DNA of 64,000 nucleotides from Salpingoeca rosetta (taxonomy: Eukaryota; Protista; Choanoflagellata): the NCBI GenBank assembly GCA_033442325.1, contig JAWQFM010000023.1:1149908-1213907 (forward strand), in the 5' to 3' direction. Positions within the stretch are counted from its first letter, which is position 1; each line of letters starts with the position of its first letter. Below the pieces are notes generated by a model. It worked only from the letters and a program-made list of their open reading frames with translations, was not told the DNA's origin and did no database searches. A program made the translations under genes and the position numbers. Shown piece by piece: positions 14,039 to 39,561 of the stretch.

Positions 14039-15685
14039 TCCCCCTCTCCCTTAACTGGTTGCGTACAATCTTACTAATGCATGTGCGCTCGGAGCCTGTC
14101 CACTCAGCCACAGCGAGCCCGTCAGAATCTGTTGTTTCTGTGCAGGTGCGAGTGAAACCGCCACTGGCCTCTGTTGGCGACAGCACAAAGCCGTCGTTGC
14201 AGCCCCGCTCGCATGTCGACCCTGCCAGCGATTGTCGATCCATGACACACGTGCATGTGAGGGGATGCAACAACATCAACTTTTGTGGCATCACCCATTC
14301 CAACGCTAACATTGCAGTGGAACACACACACACACACATACCCACACGCACACACACGCGCGCGCAGTCACATACACACACAGAGCCATGGCCATTACAT
14401 TGAATGATCACATTCACTCACCAAGCGTGCCCGTGCACGTGTCGCCCCGCCATCCATTCGTGGGAGCAGTCAATTCAGAGCATTCCAGGACTGTCACCGC
14501 AAATTCATGGGGCAAGTACGGTGTCGATGTGAAGAGAGCGTGTGAGTGACACAACAAACACAGAAGACAAAGACCGACGGGCAAGTGTAGGAACGAAGGA
14601 ATGTCAATCCCACATAATCCTCCAAAGACACTGCATGCATTCATTTTAAAATCAAGCCACGCACGTTCACAGTAGGGTTCCGTTCCTGTCCAGCCGTCTG
14701 CGGTGCATTCGCGCGAGAAGGTGGTGCCGCGCAGGGCGTAACCAGAAGGGCAGGAGTAGTACGTGCACACGTCACCTGTGACGTGAATGAATATGCATGC
14801 ATGCAAGCATGTGTGTGTGTGTGTGCGTGTAAGCGGAATCAGCGGCAGAAGACGTGACAGAGTGACACAGCAAGTCGATCTGTTTACGTGGGTGTGATGC
14901 AGGCAATCATAAGAGCGACGAAGGATGCTGGTGCGTCATCACCGTAATTGCCGCTGCAGCTGCCAATGAGGGTAATCTGTGAATGCGTCAGCCTGTTGCA
15001 AGTGATTGCTACAGTGGATGCAAGCCAACATTTCGCGCGACCGAGGGTGAGTAAAGATGCGTGTGTTTCAACAAAACAACATGGGCAACCAAACACAGCA
15101 CACGCAGCATACTTCCACAAACGAGAACAAAAGTATGGTCTCACACACAATCACACACAACATACAACGCACACACAACACATACTGTGCATTTGCCCAA
15201 TGTTTCAAGCCCTCGTTGTAACTTACGTTCACATGTGATGTCTGCACCAGACCAGGCACCATCAGCGTCACACGTGCGCGTTGTCGCTGCGCTGCTGAAT
15301 TCGTATCCGGTGTTGCAGCTCTCAAACGTGCATTCATCGCCTGCGACGTGCAAGCGGCCAAGCCAGGCGGACAAGCATGTGGATGACGTGTTATTCCTTG
15401 GACACAGCACAAACAAGCAGTTCGACTCATGGACCCGAACAAGAAGGGTTTCGCGCACCGACCTTCAAATCCGGTGCAATCACCCGAGATGGTGCCATGG
15501 GTGATCGTCAACTGAGGACACACAGGCTCTGTCAACATTGGACACAGCTATTCTAAGTGAGCCTGGGCGCGTCCATGGTGCTTGGAATGACGAATTACTC
15601 CGTTCCGCACAGAGGGCACCACAACATCACGCGCACAAAACCGCAGGCAAAGAACCACACGCACACAACGGCATGCACACACACG

Positions 15686-15718
<33 letters not shown>

Positions 15719-16932
15719 ACACGCGCGCACACACACACGCACGCATACAGCGCAAACGCACCGCTGCAATACCCGTCGCTGTTGAGCATGGTGCCATCGA
15801 CGCATTGTGGCTGCGCAACGCATGCAAAAAGTACGTGTGAATGACAATAACATGCACAAATCCACCATCATGATTGCGCATCAGCTGGTCAGCCAGCAGA
15901 TCGGTTGAGCTTGACACTAGTCACAGCAACGTGTGTCTGTGGCACTCACTTTGCACTCAGTAAAGGTCCACTCGCGGTCACTTGTGGAAGAATCAAATGT
16001 GGATGTCAAACCTGTGAATGAAAGCAGATGCACGAGACAGCAAGATGGTGAGCGAGCAGAGTACCATGCATGTATTCGACAGGTCGTGTGGGTGGTGGTG
16101 ATGCTGCAACACCGAGCAGAGGCAGTACAGCCTCTCTCGACGACAGAGGAGGCGGGTAAACGAGGAAACACACGAACTTGTGATGACATATGCGCCGGAG
16201 CTTGTTGAGAAGTCAAAGTCTGCGCCAGCAGCATTGACAGCCACAGCGCCGTTGCAATTCACGGCGGAGATCTCGGTGTTCTCATAGCCAGTGCACTGGA
16301 ACGAGTACACGCGGTCTTGAAACGACGAAACATAGGCAGACTTCACGCCGGTGATGTCTGCAAACAGGATATGGAGCGCGAATTGAAGACAGAGATGAGA
16401 GAAATGCTGTGGAGCGCCACAACACGTGAATGTGGACACACGTAAACGAGCGTGCAAACAAGCAAATGCGTAAAGCAGGTACAATCACGCACACACACAC
16501 TTGTGCAAGCTGCACCTGTCTTCCAGCAAAGCATGCAAGAGTCAGCGCCATGCATGCGTTGCACGGGTTTGTAACCCGACCGTGTCGCATGCTCGAGTCA
16601 CAACTATCATCGCCCGCGCTCCCCAATTGACTGACATGTGTTGCTTGGGCAGGAGACGGTGAACGCTGTCCCAAGCTTTCCATAGGCAGGAGTGGACCAG
16701 GTCTGGCTGGTGATAACCTGCCCACCGCTGGTTGGTTTCGTGCACGTGAAGGCCCAGCGACGGTCTGTGCTGCTAGCTGCAAACTGTGTCGAGATTGTGG
16801 TGATGGCGGTGGAGGTCTCGCAGTACGAGCCAAACGATTCTTGGTAGTCAGCGACAAAGTTCCCGTTGGTGATGCCACTGAGGGACAGCGCTGCCGAGGA
16901 GAAAACGGGATGCATGGGGGAAAGAAGTTGGA

Positions 16933-17028
<96 letters not shown>

Positions 17029-18637
17029 GACAGACGCACACGTGTACATACACAATGGTAACAGTGAGAACAATCAAGAGAAAAGGCTGGTGTAGTCGCG
17101 TGAAGTTGCTCCGCGGCAACATGACAGGAAGCTGCTGCACACATGGCCTTGTCACATGCCCATGCATTGGTACGGCCGACACACAGACAGACACACACAC
17201 ACACACACACAATCACACATGCATGTGCGCGCGATGATATCTTTGCGCAGATTTTCATTCAATCTTACTGGTGCACACTCGGGGAACGTCGCTGTTGACG
17301 TAGTCGCCAGTCAGGTCGCACTCCACTTCGCACGTGGTGATTTTCCAACGACGATCCCACTCACTAACACGCGCAATCGACAAGGGAGAAATGCATCAGT
17401 CATGTGTGCAACGCATGCGCTGTACGAGCGACATTCGCTCGACACACGCGCACTACGCACAAGCATGTCTACACCGCGTACACGTACACATGAAAATGCA
17501 CACACACGCACACAGAGGAATACATGTTCTTACAAAAGGGTGTCGGTGTATTTGCTGTACAAGCCAGTGATGATCTTGTTGGTGCCAGTGATGTCGTAGT
17601 CAAGGTTGCCCGTCCTCGAGTTTTCATAAGACGCTGTGTTGACGAGCAGGTGCGATTGTCATGTAAGGACGTGTGTGTGTGTGTGCGTGTGTGGAGGTGT
17701 GTATGTGTGCGTGTGTGGAGGTGTGTATGTGTGCGTTGGATGTGTGCGTGCGTTTGTGGAGATGTGGATGCGTGTATGTGTGCTTGTATGTATGTGTGTG
17801 TAAATCGCACTGAAACCCCGTTCACATCACTATGCAACAGCCAACTTGTTTCAAGCACTCGCATGACAAACGATACAGGCATCAAAAGTGACGCAACGCG
17901 CATTGCATGGACCGCACATGTTTGTGCACAGTTGAGCAGTTGAACGCTGTCCGGTCGACGGCAGGTGTACGTCCACAAGCGGTCCACACTGCTGTATGTC
18001 GATTCAAGCTTCTCCATGTCTGAGTGCGCACAGTTTACAGCATTATTGGGTTAGCGTTGAATGCACACAGTACCACGAGAGTGCAAGGAAATGAGGCGGA
18101 GGATGGGATCGGCACAAGAGAGCTCACGTTCCTTGCTCTCAAGCAGACACACACTTACAGTAGCCGCTTGCACAATCGTAGTTGTTGTTGCTGTGAAGGT
18201 CACGAACGTCGTAACCACCACTGCTTTGCGTGTCGCTGGAGGCGGTGCCAATCGGGGCACAGCTGAAGTCCCAACGGCGATCATACTTGTTGTCGCTATA
18301 TTTGCTGGTCATGTAGGTGAGGCCTTCTCCTGTATCGCAGCGGAAGTACAAGTCGCCTCGCTGTGACGTCCCGAGGTTCCACACGTTGGTGTTCATGCGT
18401 GTATGTGTGCGAGAGTTTGTGAATCACAATCAGCGAAAAAGAAGACCCAAGTAGCAAGCAAACTTTCATGTCACTCTCGCGCTCAGAGAATATCCTGCTG
18501 ACGATGGCACAAGCACAGCACTCAACTACCGTTCATACATTGCTGTTCACGTAGGCATCAGCTTGCCGCATGAAGATGAGGGCATGAAGGAGCGGCACCA
18601 AGATCAAGATGGCACCCGCGCTCCAGCGTCCGTGCAT
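8545..18637 (-). CDS. Secreted multi-exon protein: signal peptide, 2 dermatopontin-like domains, 6 Sushi/CCP, a third degenerate dermatopontin-like domain, 1 Sushi, Cys-rich segment, C-terminal NHL-repeat beta-propeller
   Basis: ATG 18637 gives MHGRWSAGAILILVPLLHALIFMRQADA-YVNSN, spliced to RGDLYFRC...YDRRWDFSC. Further DRLWTYTC, DRRWKI, DRRWAFTC, DRVYSFQC and DREWTFTEC motifs are typical of dermatopontin/amoebocyte aggregation factor. Sushi half-exons are present (CPQLTITHGTISGDC|G; CNTGY...RTC...WSG...C). The last exon has NHL repeats (LDRPTCVAVD..GNVYISEKGNHRV; PHGLAFD..LYIADTENH). No TM seen. Some internal exon borders are approximate. Confidence 0.82.
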
Positions 18638-19257
18638 GTTGATTGCTGCCATACACGGGTAAGGCTTTCACGCTTGATCACTTCTCCGCGCAAGCCCAAA
18701 CCAATCAATGCGCGCTTTCGTCGAAGCCGAAGGGATCTTGTCGACCGAGTGCCCTGTGCTGCCACGATGAGTGCACCTCTGCCTCTTTTCGTGATGTTGA
18801 AAATGACGACTGGCTGGTTGTTTTGGTTGCTGAAGGTGGCTGTTGTGTGCGATGTCATCATTCTGTCACGTCATCTACCATGTTGTTGAGTAGTTGTCGT
18901 CACGGATTTCCCGTGACCAAAATCAGAGAGGACCTAGCCTGACGATAATCAGCCATGTTTTCGACGATTATGAGGCAGGAGTCCTGTTCAGCCGTCGTCA
19001 ATCCGGACGAACAACACAAACAACCAACGAGACAAAACAGCAGATCGCAAACAACAGTCGACATGAAACAGCTCCGCTGATGTACATGCTTGGCTGGGCA
19101 TTTATCTCTTTGTCGACGCCAACCAAGTCGACAACACCCGCATCAGGTCCAGCAGTCAGACGCAAACCACCCACCCAATAGTGCCTTGGGGCGCTTTCTC
19201 CCGTAGCAAGCAAACAAGGAGAGATCTTACACACACAGCCACACTCACACACACACA

Positions 19258-19327
<70 letters not shown>

Positions 19328-19372
19328 CACGCACACACACACACAGAGCCACGCACGCAATCAAACACCAGG
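18638..19372. promoter_or_regulatory. Putative bidirectional promoter (~735 bp) between the two divergent dermatopontin-domain genes
   Basis: Lies between start codons 18637(-) and 19373(+). Contains a (CA)n tract at ~19230-19345 and no credible ORF. Confidence 0.5.
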
Positions 19373-29609
<10,237 letters not shown>

Positions 29610-29625
29610 CTATGCGCAGTGGCGG

Positions 29626-29662
<37 letters not shown>

Positions 29663-30171
29663 GGACAGAAAGCTGAGTTGTGGCAGCATCTTGGCCAAGT
29701 GTTCCGAAATTCCCTTGCACTGTTGCTTGTCCGAGCTTGGCATTTGCTTCGTAGCAGCGCTCTTCCTTGTTGTCATTGGTTCGTCTTGGGCGTGATGTGA
29801 GTCGTCTTGGACGGCGCTTCCTTGTGCTTGTATGTTCTGATGCATCGTCATTGTCATTGGGTTGCGGTCCAAGGGTCCAGTCCGCTGCTGCTGTCTTCTG
29901 GTTGTGCCCGCCTCCCTGCTTCTCTTGCTTCATTCTTTCATTTTTCCCTCATTTCCGTTTCTTTCATCCCGGTCATGTTGATGTTACGACTTGTGCCTGT
30001 GTGGTCCTCTTGACTATGGGCGGCACTCCACGACCTGAGTTGCCCAATGAGCAAGTGGGCATGCATCTCCATCCATTCCACATGTGCTGGACGCACCGTT
30101 TAGCCGAAATTTTGTCATGATACCATATATTTCTCCACAACCAACACAACACAAACAAACAGCAGACAACG

Positions 30172-31515
30172 ATGAGGCAACTGCCTTTGTTGCCAGCTTG
30201 TGGCTTGTTCGTCTTCCGACTATCCTTGCTATCAGGTCTATCAGCACCACGACGTCCTGTTGTCCTTGTGACAGTCCTCCTCTTCTTCTTCTTCTTCTGT
30301 TGCGTGTCGTACCCGTGGGTTGCTGCGCAGCCGATGTTTGTGCAGGATGACGATGGCGCGCTGCACATCAACACCACAGGGCCACACCAACAACAGCGAC
30401 CACCAGTGCTTGTGAATGGCGTGGATGTCACCGGCATGCTGCAGGCTCAGCAACGCGCGTTGTCGGACCACCTCGGAGTCATTGAATCGCATGCGGCCAC
30501 GATTCAGTCGCAGGGCCTCACCATCGCACGAATGTGCAAGGCAGCGTCGCTGCCTATTGATACAAGCACCATGGCCGGCCTTGGGACCGTGGGAGGCAAG
30601 TGGCTTGGCGCCGTGCGGGCGAACAACGGCTTGGTGTACGGGATCCCGCATCAGGCAAACGCTGTCCTCATCATCGATCCCATTTCCAAAGCAGTGGACA
30701 TGACAACCATGTTTGTTGGCGCAGGCGGTTACAAGTGGGTGGGTGGTGTCCTGGCCAACAACGGCCTGATTTACACGTTTCCCAGCGCGTCGCCCGCCGT
30801 CCTCATCATCGATCCAGCCAAGAACACGACGGACACCACCACTCTCGGAAATGTGCGTTTCGGCGGCAACAAATGGCAGGGCGGCGTACTTGCCACTAAT
30901 GGGTTCATCTACGGCATTCCACGCGACGACACAACCGTGCTCATCATTGACCCAAAGAAGAACACGGCCGACACGGCGAGCATTCAGGGCCTCGGAGGGG
31001 CGTCCAAGTGGTTCGATGCAGTGCAGCCTCCCAACGGGCTCATCTACTCTGCGCCGACAGCCGCAACGAGTGTGCTCATCATCGACCCGGCAACAAACAC
31101 TGCCGATACCACGTCCATCAGCGGTCTTGGACCGGGCATGAAGTGGTATGGCACTGTGCTCGCAGACAACGGCCTCATCTACGGCATTCCGTACGATTCG
31201 CCGTCTGTCCTTGTGGTGGACCCAAGCACGAACACGGCTGACACGACGACCGTGAGCGGGCTCAATTCATCACCACCTCAACGGTTCAAGTGGGTTGGTG
31301 GCGTTGTTGCTGCCAATGGTTTCATCTACGGGTTGCCCAGTTACGCATCAGCCGTCCTCGTCATCGACCCGTACACAAACACGACAGACGTCAGCACGCT
31401 ACCTGCATCAGGCAACACCCCAAAATGGTTTGGAGGTGCACGTGCCAGCAATGACATCATCTTTGGTGTTCCTGACGCTGCAGACGTCATCGCCATCGTA
31501 ACGCCCTCGTGTTAG
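30172..31515 (+). CDS. Intronless, probably secreted repeat protein (~7 repeats, beta-propeller-like)
   Basis: 447-aa ORF with a hydrophobic N-terminus and repeats of KW(x)GGVLAxNGxIYGIPxxAxxVLIIDPxTNTADTTT. Confidence 0.85.
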   Translation: MRQLPLLPACGLFVFRLSLLSGLSAPRRPVVLVTVLLFFFFFCCVSYPWVAAQPMFVQDDDGALHINTTGPHQQQRPPVLVNGVDVTGMLQAQQRALSDHLGVIESHAATIQSQGLTIARMCKAASLPIDTSTMAGLGTVGGKWLGAVRANNGLVYGIPHQANAVLIIDPISKAVDMTTMFVGAGGYKWVGGVLANNGLIYTFPSASPAVLIIDPAKNTTDTTTLGNVRFGGNKWQGGVLATNGFIYGIPRDDTTVLIIDPKKNTADTASIQGLGGASKWFDAVQPPNGLIYSAPTAATSVLIIDPATNTADTTSISGLGPGMKWYGTVLADNGLIYGIPYDSPSVLVVDPSTNTADTTTVSGLNSSPPQRFKWVGGVVAANGFIYGLPSYASAVLVIDPYTNTTDVSTLPASGNTPKWFGGARASNDIIFGVPDAADVIAIVTPSC

Positions 31516-31522
31516 ACAAAGG

Positions 31523-31582
<60 letters not shown>

Positions 31583-32063
31583 CTGCCTGACTATGTCTCT
31601 CACACCTTTTCTCATGTCATGTCATCGCGTCACGCGCTGTCTTGGTCATACAAGGAAGCATCATACATGTATTTTGTGCTGGTGTATTTCCACATCATGT
31701 GGCCACAGGACAATACAAACCACATTATGATCGGTGACTGAGCTACAACGTGCGCACGAGGCGGCGAGGCAACAGCAACACCAGCAGCAACAACAGTAGC
31801 AGCACCAACAACAACCACAATAATAACAGCAACAATCAAGGGTGTGCGTGTCGAGACATGCGCTCGTGTGTGCTCACAGCTGGCATCCAGAGCATCAAGA
31901 ACAAAGCATCATCAGCATCAGCAGCAGTACAGTGGTGCATGGGCACGGCATCGCAGCACAGTGAAACAGGCGAATAAACAAACGATCGCATATGACGGAA
32001 GCGGATGGGGTTTTGAGTGAGAGAGAGAGAGAGAGAAGAGGAGGGGAGGATAGGTGGAAGGCA

Positions 32064-32136
<73 letters not shown>

Positions 32137-32236
32137 NNNNNNNNNNNNNNNNNNNNNNNNNNNNNNNNNNNNNNNNNNNNNNNNNNNNNNNNNNNNNNNN
32201 NNNNNNNNNNNNNNNNNNNNNNNNNNNNNNNNNNNN
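32137..32236. other. Assembly gap (100 N) flanked by (GT)n and (CA)n
   Basis: Run of N. Confidence 0.99.
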
Positions 32237-32347
<111 letters not shown>

Positions 32348-32359
32348 GCACACGGGTAC

Positions 32360-32847
32360 CTGCGCCCGGTGTGCAGTTTGCCGGCTGGCTCGCCGATGAT
32401 CTCCTTCAAGCGGCGCTCGTTGGCGGTGTGGATGTCTTCGTCGCCATCAGCAATGACGAACTTTCCGGCGCGCCACTCCTCCAAGACGGCCTGCAGGCCC
32501 TTGACGATGCTGCGCTCCTCCTCGGCAGTAATGAGGCCGGCCTTTGCCAGGGCGCGGGCGTATGCCACGCTTCCCTGGATGTCCTGCGCATACATGCGCT
32601 TGTCAAGCCCGATGCTGGCGTTGAAGGCTTCCATCAACGGGTCCGTGGCACCCGTGAAGCGACCGCCCCAGAGGCGACCGCCCTCACCACCTGCATGTGT
32701 GCGTGTGTGCGTTGTGAGAGAAGAGGGCGGACCCTTGCCGCTCAGCAAGCAGCACGCAGCACGCTCGACATCGACCCCTACTACCACCACCGTGAGATCG
32801 CCCCACTCACCATCATCTGCTTTGGCCTTCTTTGTCGCTGGCTCCAT
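32360..32847 (-). CDS. ASL: Argininosuccinate lyase, 5' part only (exons 32847-32811 and 32690-32360); the rest is presumably in the gap
   Basis: RLWGGRF...[26 protein letters not shown]...[27 protein letters not shown] is the conserved ArgH N-terminus. Confidence 0.93.
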
Positions 32848-33079
32848 ATCCGTTCACTGGTTGTTGAGCGGAAAGTTACGATTGCACGAATGCGCACATT
32901 GTGTGCTGTGTTCGGGGACACTGACATGTCTGGCTCAATCAATGTGCGGCACATCAGCATCGACGTGGATGGTGTACTCGCGAGCGAACGCAGAAGCATC
33001 GCAGGTGCAGAGGAAGACGGATTGGAAACAGACGAGCAAAGCAACAAGGCCGTGGCAGTAGCAGTAGCAGTCGGGCACA

Positions 33080-35097
<2,018 letters not shown>

Positions 35098-35327
35098 CGT
35101 TGCTTGTTGTCTTCTTGGCAACAACAAACGCAAAGCCGTCCTGTCAAAATTGACAGCTCAACGCTTCGCCGCCATTTTCAAATTTTCACCACTCCACTCA
35201 CACTCGCTTCCACCACTCGCAATCGCTTCGACCAGACGCACTCGCTTCCAACCCTCACTTGCTATCCACACCAGCACCAACCACCCCCCTCCCCTACACA
35301 TACATACACACACACACACCGCGGATC

Positions 35328-36007
35328 ATGCACTCGACAAAGAAGCGCCGTCGCAACAGTCGCGGACGCCGTCGCGGGCCTGCGACGCCAGCAGCACACA
35401 AGGCGCGGCAAATTCGTCTTGCACGCCGCTCCACAAAGTCGCCATCGCCCATCCCGCCACCAAGCCCATCCTCCATGGACACCATCACGGGACCAAGCGA
35501 CAGCCGGTCCAACAGCGTTGCTGTTGCTGATCGTGGTGGTGCTGACACCGCCACAATCACAGCTGTTCCCCGTGTCATGACGCCGACCCTGCTTCGCAAA
35601 GACAGCCTTTTCCACCACACGTCCTCATCCGCACAAGGCCGCAAGCCCACCATCTGGATCTCCGCCCTGCAACACATCGCCATGGTGAGGAGGGAAGAGG
35701 CGGAAGCAGGGGGGGGGGAGGTAAAAGAAACATTGGCGTGAGCGCATACTCATTCTGAGCGCTGAACTTTCACCACTCAATCGCGCTGAGGTTGCAAAGA
35801 AGTTACAGAGAGGTTATACATCAGCTACACACTCACACACGAAAACACGCACTCGCTTCTGCCTTCACCTGCGTTGCACGACAGGTTCGCGATGGCATCC
35901 TGGACACCATTCTCCCTGTGAGGCGGGAGTACCGCCGTGTTGCAGCGGAGCTCGCGGAGAAAGAGGACTTGCTCTCAGAGGTTTGTGCAGCAGCTAGCGC
36001 TCCTCAA

Positions 36008-36055
<48 letters not shown>

Positions 36056-36856
36056 GAGACAAGTGAGCGTGCACCTTGCTGTACTACTTGCTGTCGCGTT
36101 GTGTGATGACAATGCATTCGTGCCATTCATGCACGCGGGCGTTTTGGTGACCTGTTGTTGACCACAGGTGACGGCACACAATGAGCGCCTGCAAGGTCTT
36201 CTGGTTGACGCGCTTGCAAACCAGCGGGAAGACGTGCCCACAACAGATACGGGCGTGCAGACAGATGAGCGGCTGCTGCGGACAGCGCTGGCAAAGCCGC
36301 GACGCACGCGCTCACATGCAACGCAGACACACACGGTGAAGAAGGCCACGCAAGCCACGCAGACAGCAGCAGTCCAGAAGGCGGCCACAACAACGCCGCG
36401 GAGGGGCCGGTACAACGTCATTCCAGCCCCCGTCTTCCAACCAACCAAGACGGCGTCCACGCAGACCATTTCGCAATCACGCGACACGCGCTCATACAAG
36501 GAGGCGGTGACGCACAGAGTCGATGAACCGCTGCCTGCGCCATTGCCAGCGACAGCAACAGCAGCAGTAGCAACCATCACCACCACCACTTCTCGTGGTA
36601 CAGGCATGTCACCGCAGCCCACAGTTGCACCGACAACCACAGTTGCACCAGTGCCCCCGCCACCTGCCCCTCCGCTTCCCCCTACCACAACAGCTACGGT
36701 AGCACTAGCTGCACCACCGCCACCCCCACCCATGCCGCTGAAGCTGCCGACACTCCAGCCGAGTACACCGACACAGATTAAGCGGTCGGCAAGCAAGGTC
36801 AAGGTGGCTGGCAGCCCCCTCAAGAAGCGGGTACGCGTCTGTGTGTGCGTGTGTGT

Positions 36857-36904
<48 letters not shown>

Positions 36905-37767
36905 GTGTGCGTGTGTGCGTGTTTGCATCGGTGTGCAAGCGTGCGTGTGCATATGTTCTTTTCGTGCATGCATGCAATGTGACACAATTCACACTGTTCG
37001 CTGCCGTGTGTGCAATCTCAGGGTGTGCTCCGGCCTCTGAACTTCTCACGGGACCAGCTCACCTCTGCGCGTCTCAAACGTAAGTGCAGGCAGTGCCTGC
37101 ATACATGTATGGACTCAGTCCTTGTAGTGCTGCCGTTCGTGTTTGCAGCACAACTACCTTCTATGTACATGTGTGTGCTCACATCCATGCACACCCATGA
37201 CACATGGTGCTTCGTGTGTTGCTTTCAGCGGTGACCAAGACCGAGACGCCCTCGCCAATGAAGGTTCCTTGCATCGAAGCCAGCGCCGTGCAGCGGGTGA
37301 GAAATGAGCATGTGTCCATTTCATCACTGTACCTGCTGTGATGTGTCTCGTCAACTGGGGGTATCATCATACTGGTATCATGCCGCCATCTCACCACGCA
37401 CGACATGTATGATGCCCGCCTCCTCATGGCGACAGGCGCGGCTCGGCCTCCGCAAGACGACTGGTGATCGGTCTCCGGGCGGAACCCCGCGCAAACACGC
37501 GAGCACTGGCGGCGGCACAGGCATCCTGGTAATTGCGCCGATGAACAGGGGGTCGGGTGTGTTTGCAGTGCATTGCGTTAAGTCTGTGCACGAGGAGAAA
37601 GGTGCCGAATCGCTGTGTTGCGCTGCTTCTGATATGGTTGATTTTCTCACATACATGCACACACATGTGCGTGTGTCGTGGCATTTGCATTGCAGCCCTC
37701 TCTCTACGCCGCGCTGGTGGAGAAGTTCCGCAACGTCCGCTCGCCATGTAAGTGGTGGTGGTGATAG

Positions 37768-37826
<59 letters not shown>

Positions 37827-37942
37827 AAGGTGCTTAGTGTGCGCATAGGGATTGTCGCGTGCGGCACTCACAGTTCTCACATGTCATCTTCGTTTTCTCT
37901 GCAGCATCACGCGATAGTTCGACGGCGGCGTCACCAGCATGA
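35328..37942 (+). CDS. Proline-rich protein 11 (PRR11)-like: coiled coil, polyproline, WH2-like segments, RSPGGTP motif
   Basis: Exons give [26 protein letters not shown] and [16 protein letters not shown]...[15 protein letters not shown]. These resemble, from recall, the PRR11 C-terminus (LRK..RSPGGTP...ALRRKF). Predicted stop TGA 37940-37942. Confidence 0.6.
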
Positions 37943-38041
37943 AGCATTAGGGCAGCAGGACATGTTGGCATGTGCTCGGCTCGTGGATCCCTTCTGGAAG
38001 CTCGTCTGTTCTTTCATGTGCAACATGGTGCATCACACACA

Positions 38042-38076
<35 letters not shown>

Positions 38077-38235
38077 TGTCACCAGAAAACCGTAACCGTG
38101 GTCCAAGTAAACGTGAGTCTTTATTGTTCGTGCGTGATCAACACGCCACCGCTGAAGAGAAAGAATGAACTCGCAAAGCTAAAAACAACCGTGGTGCGTG
38201 CGTGTGTGTGCGTGCGTGCGTGTGTGTGTGTGTGT

Positions 38236-38335
<100 letters not shown>

Positions 38336-38341
38336 CCTGGA

Positions 38342-39486
38342 CTAGGGTGCCGGGCAGGGGTGCTGCTGGCGGTATTCAAAGAGGGTGACGCTTGACCGGT
38401 ACCACCACACAAACGCCAGCAGCACAAACGTGTGCCACCACTGGTGTGACGAGCAGAAGATGTCAAACGATCCTGGGAGGGGGTGGGAGAGATGGTAGTG
38501 ATGGGTGACATGAGGGGTGAGGGGGACAATCGAGAGGGTGTTGGAAATGTGAAGCGGGTGCTGTGGGAGCCAAGCACAATAAAAACTGAAGCACGCAAGG
38601 GTGCACAGACGCACAAGAGTGCACACACACACACACACAGAACCACACACACACACAGCGTCACACACAGACACACACAAAGTCACACACACTCACACAT
38701 GCCCACACAGACAGATGCACAAACACGCGCATACAAACACATACACAGCCAGCCTCACCTGGGCATGCGCGTTCTGGAAAGCGGGAGATGTAGAATGCGA
38801 CGCCGATGATCATGAGCGCATACGATATGAGGACGCGCGGCAGGAAAACACCAAGCTCCTCAGGATCGTCGTGCGGCAGCGTCGTCCAGTGCACCACAGG
38901 TATCAGCTGTGGCGGATTGGTGGGTGGATGGGATGTGGTGAGCAGGGGGTCGAGAAAAGGGTGAGAAAAGGCGTGGTCATGAACATAAATGGCTTTATCG
39001 CGACAAACAAACAACACACGCACACACACACACACACAGACACAAACAAACAACACACGTACACACACAGACACAGACACAGACACACAAACACACACAC
39101 ACACATACATCAACATAGGTAGCTCACCCCAAAGCCGAGGGTGCAGGCGTAGAGGAGAACGCGCTTCATGGCCCAGCGGTGGGAGAGGAAGTCCTTGTGC
39201 AGCTGCATGAGGAGGTTGATCACAAACATAAACCCGCACACGACCGTGTAGAACCATCGCACGTCCTGCTAGAGCAAATGGGAGATGTAATGAGCCGCAC
39301 AGGGGCAATGGAGTGTCGAATCTGTTTTGCAGTATGGGCAGTACAGGCAGGACACAGGGCACACAGACACACACGCACAGACATACAATCACACACACAT
39401 ACACACAGACATACACAGACACAGACAGACGCGCACACACACACACACATACACACAAACATACACACACACACACACATACACAA

Positions 39487-39561
<75 letters not shown>

